64,000 nt of DNA, from contig JBJBDC010000001.1 in assembly GCA_047285535.1 (NCBI GenBank), forward strand, positions 2,368,136 through 2,432,135. The letters are read 5' to 3'. Each line of letters opens with the position of its first letter. Positions within the stretch are counted from its first letter, which is position 1. Position numbers and translations under genes: made by a program. This stretch comes from Synechococcus sp. GTDB lineage: Bacteria > Cyanobacteriota > Cyanobacteriia > PCC-6307 > Cyanobiaceae. A model generated the notes under the pieces. The model had not been told where the DNA came from. It saw nothing but the letters and a program-made list of their open reading frames with translations, and made no database searches. Positions 1 to 9,550 of the stretch are shown here, one piece after another.

Positions 1-1299
1 AAGCGGGAAAATCTTCCTGAGTCGCTGGTGATGGAGGAAGTTGCCAGGGGCCGAATGATCATCCCCGCCAACATCAACCACACCAATCTGGAGCCGATGG
101 CGATCGGCATTGCCAGCAAGTGCAAGGTCAACGCCAACATCGGCGCCTCCCCCAATGCATCCGATGCCGCCGAAGAGGTCAAGAAACTCCAGCTCGCGGT
201 GAAGTATGGCGCCGATACCGTGATGGATCTCTCCACTGGTGGGGTGAACCTTGATGAAGTGCGAACGGAGATCATTAAGGCCTCACCAGTCCCGATTGGC
301 ACGGTGCCCGTCTATCAGGCCCTCGAGAGCGTGCATGGCTCGATCGAGAAGCTTTCGGAAGACGACTTCCTGCACATCATTGAGAAGCACTGTCAGCAAG
401 GCGTCGATTACCAAACGATCCATGCCGGTTTGCTGATCGAGCACCTGCCCAAGGTGAAGGGTCGCATCACGGGGATTGTCAGCCGCGGCGGTGGAATCCT
501 GGCCCAGTGGATGCTGTATCACCACAAGCAGAATCCGCTTTTCACGCGCTTCGACGACATCTGCGAGATCTTCAAGCGCTACGACTGCACCTTCTCTTTA
601 GGGGACTCACTACGTCCTGGTTGTCAGCACGACGCCTCCGATGCGGCCCAGTTGGCTGAGTTGAAGACGCTGGGTGACCTCACCCGTCGGGCCTGGACAC
701 ACGACGTGCAAGTGATGGTGGAGGGTCCAGGTCACGTGCCCCTCGATCAGATCGAGTTCAACGTCAAGAAGCAGATGGAGGAGTGCAATGAGGCGCCTTT
801 CTATGTGCTCGGCCCGTTGGTGACTGATATCGCCCCTGGCTATGACCACATCACTTCAGCGATCGGTGCGGCCATGGCCGGTTGGCATGGCACGGCGATG
901 CTCTGCTACGTGACCCCCAAAGAGCACCTTGGTCTGCCAAATGCAGAAGATGTGCGTGAGGGTTTAATCGCCTACAAGATTGCTGCCCACGCCGCCGACA
1001 TCGCTCGCCATCGTCCTGGTGCACGAGATCGTGATGATGAACTCAGCCGTGCCCGTTACAACTTCGACTGGAACAAACAGTTCGAGCTGTCACTCGATCC
1101 TGAGCGGGCCAAGGAGTACCACGACGAAACCCTGCCTGCTGATATCTACAAGCAGGCTGAGTTCTGCTCGATGTGTGGGCCTAAGCACTGCCCGATGCAG
1201 ACCAAGATCACGGATCAAGACCTCGAAGGCCTCGAAGAAGTTCTTAAGGCCAAAGGCGGGGCTGAGCTGAGTACGGCCAAACTCGATCGGGCCGATTGA
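1..1299 (+). CDS. thiC: Phosphomethylpyrimidine synthase ThiC (5' end lies outside the window)
   Basis: Frame open from base 1 ([10 protein letters not shown]...). Motifs [36 protein letters not shown] and C-terminal CSMCGPKHC. Confidence 0.98.
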   Translation, partial: KRENLPESLVMEEVARGRMIIPANINHTNLEPMAIGIASKCKVNANIGASPNASDAAEEVKKLQLAVKYGADTVMDLSTGGVNLDEVRTEIIKASPVPIGTVPVYQALESVHGSIEKLSEDDFLHIIEKHCQQGVDYQTIHAGLLIEHLPKVKGRITGIVSRGGGILAQWMLYHHKQNPLFTRFDDICEIFKRYDCTFSLGDSLRPGCQHDASDAAQLAELKTLGDLTRRAWTHDVQVMVEGPGHVPLDQIEFNVKKQMEECNEAPFYVLGPLVTDIAPGYDHITSAIGAAMAGWHGTAMLCYVTPKEHLGLPNAEDVREGLIAYKIAAHAADIARHRPGARDRDDELSRARYNFDWNKQFELSLDPERAKEYHDETLPADIYKQAEFCSMCGPKHCPMQTKITDQDLEGLEEVLKAKGGAELSTAKLDRAD

Positions 1300-1325
1300 T
1301 TCTTTCCCCCTCAGCGCATAGGCAC

Positions 1326-1357
1326 AAAAAAGCCCCCCCTTAATGGGGGGCTTTTTG
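1326..1357. terminator. Bidirectional intrinsic terminator
   Basis: AAAAAGCCCCCC-cttaat-GGGGGGCTTTTT: perfect stem with A and T tails, between the thiC stop and the tkt remnant stop. Confidence 0.9.
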
Positions 1358-1372
1358 CTGGATGATTGAGAC

Positions 1373-1471
1373 TCAACCCAGCAGAGTCTTTGACTTCTCC
1401 AAAACATTCTCAACGGTGAATCCGAACTTTTCCATTCATTTGCGGCCTGGCGCAGATGCACCACAGCGATT
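1373..1471 (-). pseudogene. Decayed copy of the tkt 3' end (direct repeat of 5549-5647)
   Basis: Ungapped hand alignment gives 86/99 identity. Translates [31 protein letters not shown] versus [32 protein letters not shown]. Confidence 0.95.
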
Positions 1472-1645
1472 TTGAATGGAACAAACTGTTCGAGTTTTTC
1501 TCTATCTTCAGTGAGCAAAACAGTACTAGGTTGATACTCTGTCTGCCGATATTTTCAATAGGGTGGGATTGTGTTCAATGTGTGCTTCAAAGTACTGTAC
1601 TGCCCGATGCAGACCAAGATTACGGATGCTGATCTGGCAAGTCTC
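1471..1645 (+). pseudogene. Decayed copy of the thiC 3' region (matches 1063-1233)
   Basis: About 70% identity by hand alignment. Reads FEWNKLFE...TLSADIF...CSMC...CPMQTKITD, with internal stops, a 1-bp deletion and a TACTG duplication. Confidence 0.9.
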
Positions 1646-1908
1646 ACTATAGTTTTAAATAATCAGCCGATCTCAGAACAATTTACTTCGTTGGTTGAGC
1701 TTTAGGGCATGCTTGTCGTAGAGATACGCATCGTATGACGATTGATGTTTTGATGGAGCATCAATCATTTAACTTGCCTTCATCTCTCCTTTGGTGGAAG
1801 TTTGGTTGCCTGAAAATATTCCCTTTGTCCAAATTTTGGTTTTACCCTTGAAATCTTGAGTGTAATCATTTCTTTTGTGGCACTGATTGAGTTCGTAGAA
1901 TTGCATTG

Positions 1909-1917
1909 TGTTAAAAT
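1909..1917 (+). promoter_or_regulatory. Possible extended -10 promoter for the GT-C gene
   Basis: TGtTAAAAT about 20 bp upstream of ATG 1939. The AT-rich context makes a chance match plausible. Confidence 0.3.
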
Positions 1918-1938
1918 AAATTGTCTAATTGCTGGGAA

Positions 1939-3429
1939 ATGAAAAGTACTCTTGCCTTTGTATTTACTCGTAAGCGTGTTGCTCGATACTTGCCATTTTT
2001 AGTTGTAACGTTGATTGCTGTATTTTGTGTCGAAGGTATTCTTGGGCTTAAAGCCGGCTTGGGTGGTGATGCAACTCAGAATTTTCTAAGTTCATATAAC
2101 TTGTATTCCAACTCTGAGTATGGAAGGCATCTTGGAAGTGCTGGTTTTAGAAGGGAGCCTTTTCCAAACTGGATATTGGCTTTTTTTATGCACATATTTG
2201 TAAGGCCTCCCAGGGGCCTTTCAGAAGATCAGATTCTTTCATTGCCAGAAGTTTTAGATAAATCCGTACAGATCAATATCTTTTGGGCAATTTCACTCTT
2301 TGTTTCATTGTGGATTTTAAGCAGACTGCTCTTTAAAAACTCTCTGGTAGCGGATCTTGTAGCCATTAATTCCATAGTTATCTCGCAAGCGGTGTTTGTC
2401 AAGCAGGAGATGTCTAATTTAAATACTGAACTCCCAGCATCAGTTTTAATTTGCTTATTGTCTATTGCTCTTATTTCTTCTTTGAGGACTAAGCTGTGGT
2501 GGTGGGTTGTTATTAGTGGCCTTTTTTATGGTTTGCTGGTTTTAACGAAAGCATCTGGCGCCTATGTTGCTTTTCTTACCATGCCTTTTGCTGCAATTTG
2601 CATAGCTATTTCTCCTGAAATGGGTTTTAAACAGAACTTTAAGCATGCTCTTAAGTATTTCCTGTGTATTGCTATTGGCTTCTTAGTTGTTGTAACGCCG
2701 TGGATTACACGCAATTATTTTGAATTTGGTCAGCCATCGATTGCAATGGGTGGTGGAAGGGTTTTGTGGATAAGGTCAGAATACAATAAAATTAATAGGG
2801 AGCAGTATATTGGTTCGTTTTATGCTTTTTCTCCTAAGGGGTTGCAAATGCACTTTTGGGAGCCCTTGCTGGGATATAGCAAGAATCAATTAGATTGCGG
2901 GGGATCTCTTCAACTTTTCAGTAGAAATCTTCCATGTGATAATCAATTGCGTGAGCAAGGCAGGTATGATGAAGTTGTTAGTTTGTATGACCGTGGCAAA
3001 AAAGCTTTGCCTCAGAAATACAAAGAGAGAGCTATAGAAAAAGGTATTGATTACAATAATGATGATCTTGGCAAGCAGGTGTTTATAGAAAATATAAAGG
3101 CAAATCCTCGAAGCCATTTAGCGCTGACGCTGCCTCTTGCTTGGCGTGGAATTTGGTCGTTTGTTGTTTTTGATATGTTTGGACTTTTTGTTAACTTTGT
3201 CTTTATGGTTAATTTGATCTTAATGCCTCTTGTGTCATTAATTTTACGCAATAAGACTTTATTCCTGTTATCGCTTCTGCCCGCTTCTTACTATTGGTTT
3301 TATGCTCTATTCAGTCAGTTTTGGACTCGTTTCTCTGAGCCATTTATTCCTATATCCTCAATACTATTTTTGTACCTAATAGCCAACGTTGTTGTTCCTT
3401 ATTTTCAGAAGAGAAGGTTCAATACTTGA
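1939..3429 (+). CDS. Polytopic GT-C fold glycosyltransferase (PMT/ArnT-like; GtrC-type role)
   Basis: Many TM segments; GGDA in the first loop, FRREPFP, LNTELP, GLLVLTK, PWITRNYFEFG, RFSEP; large periplasmic loop. AT-rich. Confidence 0.7.
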   Translation: MKSTLAFVFTRKRVARYLPFLVVTLIAVFCVEGILGLKAGLGGDATQNFLSSYNLYSNSEYGRHLGSAGFRREPFPNWILAFFMHIFVRPPRGLSEDQILSLPEVLDKSVQINIFWAISLFVSLWILSRLLFKNSLVADLVAINSIVISQAVFVKQEMSNLNTELPASVLICLLSIALISSLRTKLWWWVVISGLFYGLLVLTKASGAYVAFLTMPFAAICIAISPEMGFKQNFKHALKYFLCIAIGFLVVVTPWITRNYFEFGQPSIAMGGGRVLWIRSEYNKINREQYIGSFYAFSPKGLQMHFWEPLLGYSKNQLDCGGSLQLFSRNLPCDNQLREQGRYDEVVSLYDRGKKALPQKYKERAIEKGIDYNNDDLGKQVFIENIKANPRSHLALTLPLAWRGIWSFVVFDMFGLFVNFVFMVNLILMPLVSLILRNKTLFLLSLLPASYYWFYALFSQFWTRFSEPFIPISSILFLYLIANVVVPYFQKRRFNT

Positions 3430-4393
3430 TTCCTTCATTGGACTGGGCTTATTCTGAGTTGTTATTGTATACAGTGTCAGGGTTTTATCCAAAAATTAGG
3501 TAGTTTTGCATTAAAACACTCCAAATAAGGCCTTTTGCGTTGTTTGATCTGGAGTAATTGGCGTTAACTTCTAGAGACCCGTGTATGCCATTGGCTTTGA
3601 TGTTTATGGCACTATTTTGATCTCCTATAGGTTCGAATGCTTTGATGCTGAATGATTTCTGCAGCCTGGGTACTGGCGAACAGAAAGTTTCTCAAGCCTT
3701 TTCGAATTTCAGGCTTGGTACTTCATTCCCTTCATTAGTTGGATTCCTTCTTTTTAATTAAACTGTCGACAGTGCAGAATCAGCGAGTTAGGCATGCCAA
3801 ATACATGCAGGAAAATACTTTTCTCGCTGTGATTTTCAAAAATTAAATTACAAACCAAACTTCCATCATTAAGGTCTAGTTTTACGCTTTACGAACCAAA
3901 CTGTATTCCTCTATTGAGGTGCAATGACTAGTTGACAGGCAGAGCAAAGACCCATTGTCCCTCTCTTGCCATCGTCTTCGCTGCTTCTGACTCCTATTGT
4001 TTAAATGATTAGCTTTAACCTCAGACTAAGGAGCTTCTTGATTTCTTTGATGCTTGCTGATGCATTTGAGTATCCACTGTTTTTGGTCCAGCAAAAAGTT
4101 TTGATTTGCATCAAAAGTTGGTATTGACTGTTTGCTTATATTAAATGCAGCGAACCTGTTGCTTTGAGATGGTGGTAAATTAGAAAATTGAATCCTGTTT
4201 AAGTTGACTTAGCCTATATATCTAGCGTTTGATCATTTTAGCGTTGAATCAGCTACTCCAAATGGAAATAATCTCTGATGGCTTATGAATCAATTTCATA
4301 AGTGACAATATCTTCTGAAGTCTGAATTAATCTTGTCATTGAAGTTTGGGCTCATAAGGATTGGCAGGACGTGATTTGTTTTTTATTGATAAT

Positions 4394-5086
4394 TTAAAGG
4401 TTCGCCCATAGGTTATATTTTAAGATGCAGTAAATTGCTCGAACTCCATCTTTCCAGCCAATTTTTTTGCCTTCGTCATACGTCCTTCCATAATATGAGA
4501 TGCCAACTTCGTAAATTCGTAGATTCATTTTTGCAATCTTTGCTGTCACTTCTGGCTCGAAGCCAAATCTATTTTCGTGAATCGTAATTGATTGGATCAC
4601 TTCACGCCGAAAAGCTTTGTAGCAAGTTTCCATGTCAGAGAGATTGAGGTCGGTAAAGAAATTGCTCATGAGGGTGAGCAATCCGTTGCCAACACGGTGC
4701 CAGAAATAGACAACTCGATGTGGACGACCGCTTTGAAATCTGCTTCCGAACACCACATCAGCTTTTCCATCCAGTATGGGTTGGATTACGATAGGAAATT
4801 CTTGGGGGTCATATTCGAGGTCGGCATCTTGGACGATACAAATATCCCCAGTAGCTTCTCTGAAGCCTGTACGCAAAGCACCACCTTTGCCTTGGTTTGA
4901 ATCATGGAAAATGACTTTAACTTCTTTGTCTTTGAGTTTATTTAATATGTTTCGAGTGCCATCATTTGAGCCATCGTCCACGATGATTATCTCTCGATCT
5001 TCAACAGGAGACTGTTTGACTGCGTTAAGAAGCGAAATGATAGTGTCTGACTCATTGTAGCAAGGAATGATGATGCTAAGTTTCAT
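4394..5086 (-). CDS. GT2 polyprenol-phosphate glycosyltransferase (GtrB/DPM1-like)
   Basis: LSIIIPCYNE, VDDGSNDGT, NQGKGGA, QDADLEYDP, DMETCYKAF, RFGFEPE. Start ATG overlaps the upstream TAA (TAATG). Confidence 0.92.
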   Translation of the reverse strand: MKLSIIIPCYNESDTIISLLNAVKQSPVEDREIIIVDDGSNDGTRNILNKLKDKEVKVIFHDSNQGKGGALRTGFREATGDICIVQDADLEYDPQEFPIVIQPILDGKADVVFGSRFQSGRPHRVVYFWHRVGNGLLTLMSNFFTDLNLSDMETCYKAFRREVIQSITIHENRFGFEPEVTAKIAKMNLRIYEVGISYYGRTYDEGKKIGWKDGVRAIYCILKYNLWANL

Positions 5087-5544
5087 TATTTGAAGGCCCA
5101 ATGCTTTTGTGAAAAGTAAGATGTTGCTGCTAAGCAGGGAATCATTGCGATTGCGGCTAGGTTCTTGCTGAGGCCAAGGAGTTCTCCAAGCTCAATGCCA
5201 AATATATTTAGGAGCCATATTGCTGTCATTAGGATTAAATATTTGAAGATTGGTTTTCTGTGTCTAAGGCCTTGTGTTCGGAATACCAGCTTGCCATAAA
5301 TTACATATCCAATACATGTATTAATTACTTGACTGATTAATGTTGCAACGGTAACGCTAACTACGTTACTGAAGAGTAATGCCTGCAGCGCAAGATTTGT
5401 TAAAATGACATTAATAATTCCTGCCATGCCGAATCTTCGCTTGGTTCCAAGACCGTCCTTGCTAAACCCCCATAGCTTTTTTGCGATAGGGGTGTTCTTA
5501 AGATCCTGATTTGCTGATTGTTGTGTCGAAGGTTCGGCCGGCAA
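5086..5544 (-). CDS. GtrA-family lipid-linked sugar flippase
   Basis: Four-TM pattern RRFGMAGIINV...GYVIYGKLVF...SYFSQKHWAFK. Start uncertain; a TTG 4 bp after the tkt stop was chosen. Confidence 0.8.
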   Translation of the reverse strand: MPAEPSTQQSANQDLKNTPIAKKLWGFSKDGLGTKRRFGMAGIINVILTNLALQALLFSNVVSVTVATLISQVINTCIGYVIYGKLVFRTQGLRHRKPIFKYLILMTAIWLLNIFGIELGELLGLSKNLAAIAMIPCLAATSYFSQKHWAFK

Positions 5545-5548
5545 ATTG

Positions 5549-7558
5549 TTAGCCCAGCAGAGCCTTTGACTTTGCCAAAACGTTCTCAACGGTGAAGCCG
5601 AACTTCTCCATACATGTGCCACCTGGCGCAGATGCACCAAAGCGATTCATGGTGACGCTATCGCCATCGAGACCGATAAAACGGTGCCAACCGAAGCTTT
5701 CGGCGGCTTCCACCACAATGCGCTTGCGTACAGAGTTGGGGAGCACCTCTTCTTTGTAAGCATCGCTTTGCTCGTCAAAGAGTTCTACACAAGGCATCGA
5801 AACAACCCGTACTTTTTTGCCTTCAGTAGTGAGCTGCTTAGCGGCTTGAACGCAAAGGTCGAGCTCGGTGCCCGTTCCGATCAGGATCAGGTCAGGAGTG
5901 CCGTCGCAATCTTCCAGGATGTAGCCGCCATGGGCGACCTTCTCGATCGAGGAGTTGGCCTGGTTGGCCATGCCTTGACGGCTTAGACAAAGTGCGCTGG
6001 GACGATGACGGTTCTCGATGGCTAGCTTGTAGGCACCACTGGTTTCGTTGCCGTCACCAGGACGGAACACCAGCATGTTGGGCATCGCCCGCAATGAAGG
6101 GATGGTTTCGATCGGCTGGTGAGTCGGTCCGTCTTCCCCGACGCCGATGGAGTCGTGGGTGAGAACGTAAATCACTCCTAGCTCGCTCAGCGCCGATAGG
6201 CGCATGGAGCCGCGCATGTAATCGGCAAATACCAGGAAGGTGCCGCCATAGGGGATCAATCCACTGTTGTGATAGGCGATGCCGTTGAGCACAGCCGCCA
6301 TCGCATGCTCGCGAACGCCGAAGTGGAGATAACGCTTTTCAGGAGTTTCAGGCTGGTAAGAGCCAGTTTCACCGGCAATATCGGTGTAGTTGGAGTGGGT
6401 GAGGTCGGCCGATCCTCCGATCAATTCGGGCAGGTGGGGCCCCAAGGCACCTAAGCAGATTTGGGAGTGTTTGCGAGTGGCAAGTCCCTTGTCGTCTGCG
6501 GTGTAGGTCGGTAGATCCTGATCCCAGCCCTGGGGCAGTTCTCCCCGCAGCATGCGCTCAAATTCAGCGGCCTCGCTGGGGTATTTGCTGCGATAGGAGG
6601 CGAGAGCTTGATTCCACTCAGCTTCAAGGCTGGAGCCGCGCTCGATGGCCTGGCGATATTGGTCATAGGCCTCTTGAGGAATCTCGAAGGGCCCGTGAGT
6701 CCAACCCAGTTGCTTGCGCGTGAGCTCAGCTTCTTCCTCTCCAATGGCAGCCCCATGAATGCCAGCGGTGTCGCTCTTGTTGGGTGAGCCATACCCAATG
6801 GTGGTGGTCACCTTGATGATCGATGGCTTGTCGGTCACCGCTTTTGCTGTCTCAATCGCCTTTGCAATGGCATTGAGGTCGGTATTGCCGTCAGCGACGT
6901 GTTGCACATGCCATCCGTAGGCTTCGTAGCGCTTGAGGACGTCCTCTGTGAAAGACACATCGGTGCGGCCATCAATGGTGATGTGATTATCGTCATAGAG
7001 GGCAATCAATTTGCCCAATTTGAGGTGCCCGGCTAGCGAGGCGGCCTCTGATGCCACGCCTTCCTGGTTGCAGCCGTCACCCATGATGACGTAGGTGAAG
7101 TGATCGACAATTTTGGCGTCGGCCTTATTGAATTTGGCGCCAAGGTGAGATTCGGCAATCGCTAAACCGACGGCATTGGAGATCCCGGCTCCCAGCGGGC
7201 CTGCAGTCACCTCGATGCCTGGCGTCTCAAACGTTTCGGGATGGCCAGGTGTTTTCGAGCCCCACTGACGGAATTGTTTGATGTCGTCCATGGTCACCGA
7301 GTCGTAGCCGGTGAGGTGGAGCAGGGCGTACACCAACATGCAGCCATGCCCTGCCGAAAGCACAAACCGATCCCGGTTGAACCACTTCGGATTCTTGGGA
7401 TTGTGCTTCAGAAATTGATGCCACAGGGTATAGCCCATCGGTGCGCAACCCATGGGTAATCCAGGGTGACCGCTATTGGATTTATTGACGGCATCAACGG
7501 CCAACATACGAATGCTGTTGACGCAGAGCGTGTCGAGAGAAGCGGTTGCGGCGGCCAT
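5549..7558 (-). CDS. tkt: Transketolase
   Basis: [43 protein letters not shown]. Confidence 0.98.
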   Translation of the reverse strand: MAAATASLDTLCVNSIRMLAVDAVNKSNSGHPGLPMGCAPMGYTLWHQFLKHNPKNPKWFNRDRFVLSAGHGCMLVYALLHLTGYDSVTMDDIKQFRQWGSKTPGHPETFETPGIEVTAGPLGAGISNAVGLAIAESHLGAKFNKADAKIVDHFTYVIMGDGCNQEGVASEAASLAGHLKLGKLIALYDDNHITIDGRTDVSFTEDVLKRYEAYGWHVQHVADGNTDLNAIAKAIETAKAVTDKPSIIKVTTTIGYGSPNKSDTAGIHGAAIGEEEAELTRKQLGWTHGPFEIPQEAYDQYRQAIERGSSLEAEWNQALASYRSKYPSEAAEFERMLRGELPQGWDQDLPTYTADDKGLATRKHSQICLGALGPHLPELIGGSADLTHSNYTDIAGETGSYQPETPEKRYLHFGVREHAMAAVLNGIAYHNSGLIPYGGTFLVFADYMRGSMRLSALSELGVIYVLTHDSIGVGEDGPTHQPIETIPSLRAMPNMLVFRPGDGNETSGAYKLAIENRHRPSALCLSRQGMANQANSSIEKVAHGGYILEDCDGTPDLILIGTGTELDLCVQAAKQLTTEGKKVRVVSMPCVELFDEQSDAYKEEVLPNSVRKRIVVEAAESFGWHRFIGLDGDSVTMNRFGASAPGGTCMEKFGFTVENVLAKSKALLG

Positions 7559-7605
7559 GGATTGAAGGGTGGGGAAGATGAAAGGGAAATGCGTTTGAGT
7601 CTGGA

Positions 7606-8853
7606 CTAGTTCATGCGACTGAAGGCCAGGCAGACGTTGTGACCGCCGAAGCCGAAGGAGTTGGACAGCACTGTTCTTAGTGTTAGTTCACGAGCAGTAT
7701 TCGGCACAATATCCAGATCGCATTCAGGATCGGGATTGGTGTAGTTGATGGTGGGCGGGACGACACCATGCTGAAGTGCGAGAACACAGGCCACCGCTTC
7801 GATGCCGCCAGAACCTCCGAGAAGATGACCGGTCATCGACTTGGTTGAACTCACAGGAATCTCTGTGGCGCGACTACCTAGCGCGCTCTTGATCGCTGCG
7901 GTTTCGTTGCTGTCGTTTGCAGGAGTGCTGGTGCCGTGAGCGTTGACATAATCAACGCTTCCAGCTGCGATTCCGCCATCGTTAAGAGCGAGGCGGATGG
8001 CAGCAGCGCCACCCACACCGCCGGGGGTGGGAGATGTGATGTGGTGGGCATCGCAAGTGGTCCCGTATCCCACGATCTCAGCCAAAATGGTGGCATCTCG
8101 AGATTCGGCATGGGCCAAGGTTTCGAGAACCAAAATTCCGGAGCCTTCTCCGATGACAAATCCATCTCGGTCTTTGTCAAACGGGCGACTGGCGGTGGCA
8201 GGATCGTCGTTACGGAAGGAGAGGGCTTTGGCACTCGCAAAGCCAGCCACCCCAAGTGGTGTGATGGCTGACTCGGCACCACCGCAAATCATCGCGTCAG
8301 CTTTGCCTAGCTGAAGGAGTTGAAAGGCGTCGCCGATCGCATTGGAGCCTGCGGCACAGGCAGTGGCCACAGCGGAACTGGGGCCTTTCGCGCCTAGGGC
8401 GATAGCGGCTAATCCTGTAGCCATGTTTGGAATCATCATCGGCACCGTGAAGGGGCTGACGCGATTTGGACCTTTGTCCTTGAGAACATGAGCTTGGGTT
8501 TCCATCATCAGAAGTCCGCCCACGCCCGAGCCGATACTGACGCCGATGCGGTGTGCATTGGCGTCAGTAATGGTGAGACCAGCGTCAGCAAGGGCCTGCT
8601 TCGCAGCTACCACTCCGAACTTGCAGAAACGATCCCAGCGTTTGGCTTCTTTGGGCTCAATGAAACCGCTTGGATCAAAATTCTTGACTTCCGCAGCAAA
8701 GCGGCAAGCGTGCTGCTCTGCATCGAACAAAGTGATCGCTTCAACGCCGTTCCTACCGGAGGTCAAGCCCTCCAGGTAATCAGCGACGGTGTTGCCGATC
8801 GGTGTGATGGCACCGAGGCCTGTGACCACGACGCGCTGTAGACCCTCCACCAT
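7606..8853 (-). CDS. fabF: Beta-ketoacyl-ACP synthase II
   Basis: [33 protein letters not shown]; adjacent to acpP. Confidence 0.97.
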   Translation of the reverse strand: MVEGLQRVVVTGLGAITPIGNTVADYLEGLTSGRNGVEAITLFDAEQHACRFAAEVKNFDPSGFIEPKEAKRWDRFCKFGVVAAKQALADAGLTITDANAHRIGVSIGSGVGGLLMMETQAHVLKDKGPNRVSPFTVPMMIPNMATGLAAIALGAKGPSSAVATACAAGSNAIGDAFQLLQLGKADAMICGGAESAITPLGVAGFASAKALSFRNDDPATASRPFDKDRDGFVIGEGSGILVLETLAHAESRDATILAEIVGYGTTCDAHHITSPTPGGVGGAAAIRLALNDGGIAAGSVDYVNAHGTSTPANDSNETAAIKSALGSRATEIPVSSTKSMTGHLLGGSGGIEAVACVLALQHGVVPPTINYTNPDPECDLDIVPNTARELTLRTVLSNSFGFGGHNVCLAFSRMN

Positions 8854-8861
8854 GCAGATCC

Positions 8862-9104
8862 TCAGGCTTGCTTGTCTTCGATGTATTTGACGGCATCGCC
8901 AACCGTGGCAATTCCTTCGGCTGCTTCATCGGGAATTTCGATGTCGAAGGCTTCTTCAAGAGCCATTACCAACTCGACGGTGTCGAGGGAGTCAGCTCCC
9001 AGATCGTTCTGAAAGTTGGACTCAGGTTTGACTTCGCCGGCCTCGACGCTGAGTTGCTCCGTAACGATCGAACGGACTTTTTCGAGGATCGATTCCTGGG
9101 ACAT
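8862..9104 (-). CDS. acpP: Acyl carrier protein
   Basis: [20 protein letters not shown]; start trimmed to MSQESILEK. Confidence 0.98.
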   Translation of the reverse strand: MSQESILEKVRSIVTEQLSVEAGEVKPESNFQNDLGADSLDTVELVMALEEAFDIEIPDEAAEGIATVGDAVKYIEDKQA

Positions 9105-9177
9105 GGCCGTGCAGACGTGACGTCGCATCTTACGGGCTGACCTACTGGTCACCCCTGCGTGGCGTTAACAACAGTGA

Positions 9178-9501
<324 letters not shown>

Positions 9502-9524
9502 ACTGATCTTCTACTCATAAGATC

Positions 9525-9548
9525 AGCCCGGCAACGCCGGGTTTTTTT
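9525..9548 (+). terminator. Intrinsic terminator after psaC
   Basis: GCCCGGC-aac-GCCGGGT running into a T7 tract. Confidence 0.8.
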
Positions 9549-9550
9549 GT

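Noticed and set aside
1090..1518. 142-aa minus-strand ORF resembling the N-terminus of ORF 5086-5640
   Set aside because: The similarity is an alternate-frame reading of the duplicated tkt 3' end. The ORF also crosses a terminator and overlaps thiC.
1740..1766. Hairpin GATTGATG...CATCAATC after the thiC remnant
   Set aside because: AT-rich stem with no convincing U tract; could be a decayed terminator but cannot be supported.
1472..5548. Prophage or integrative element bounded by att-like direct repeats
   Set aside because: No integrase, tRNA or phage gene. The repeats are diverged gene ends with an added thiC remnant, which fits recombinational capture better.
9502..9550. Possible glmS ribozyme upstream of glmS
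   Set aside because: The spacer is only ~50 bp, far too short, and is explained by two simple hairpins.
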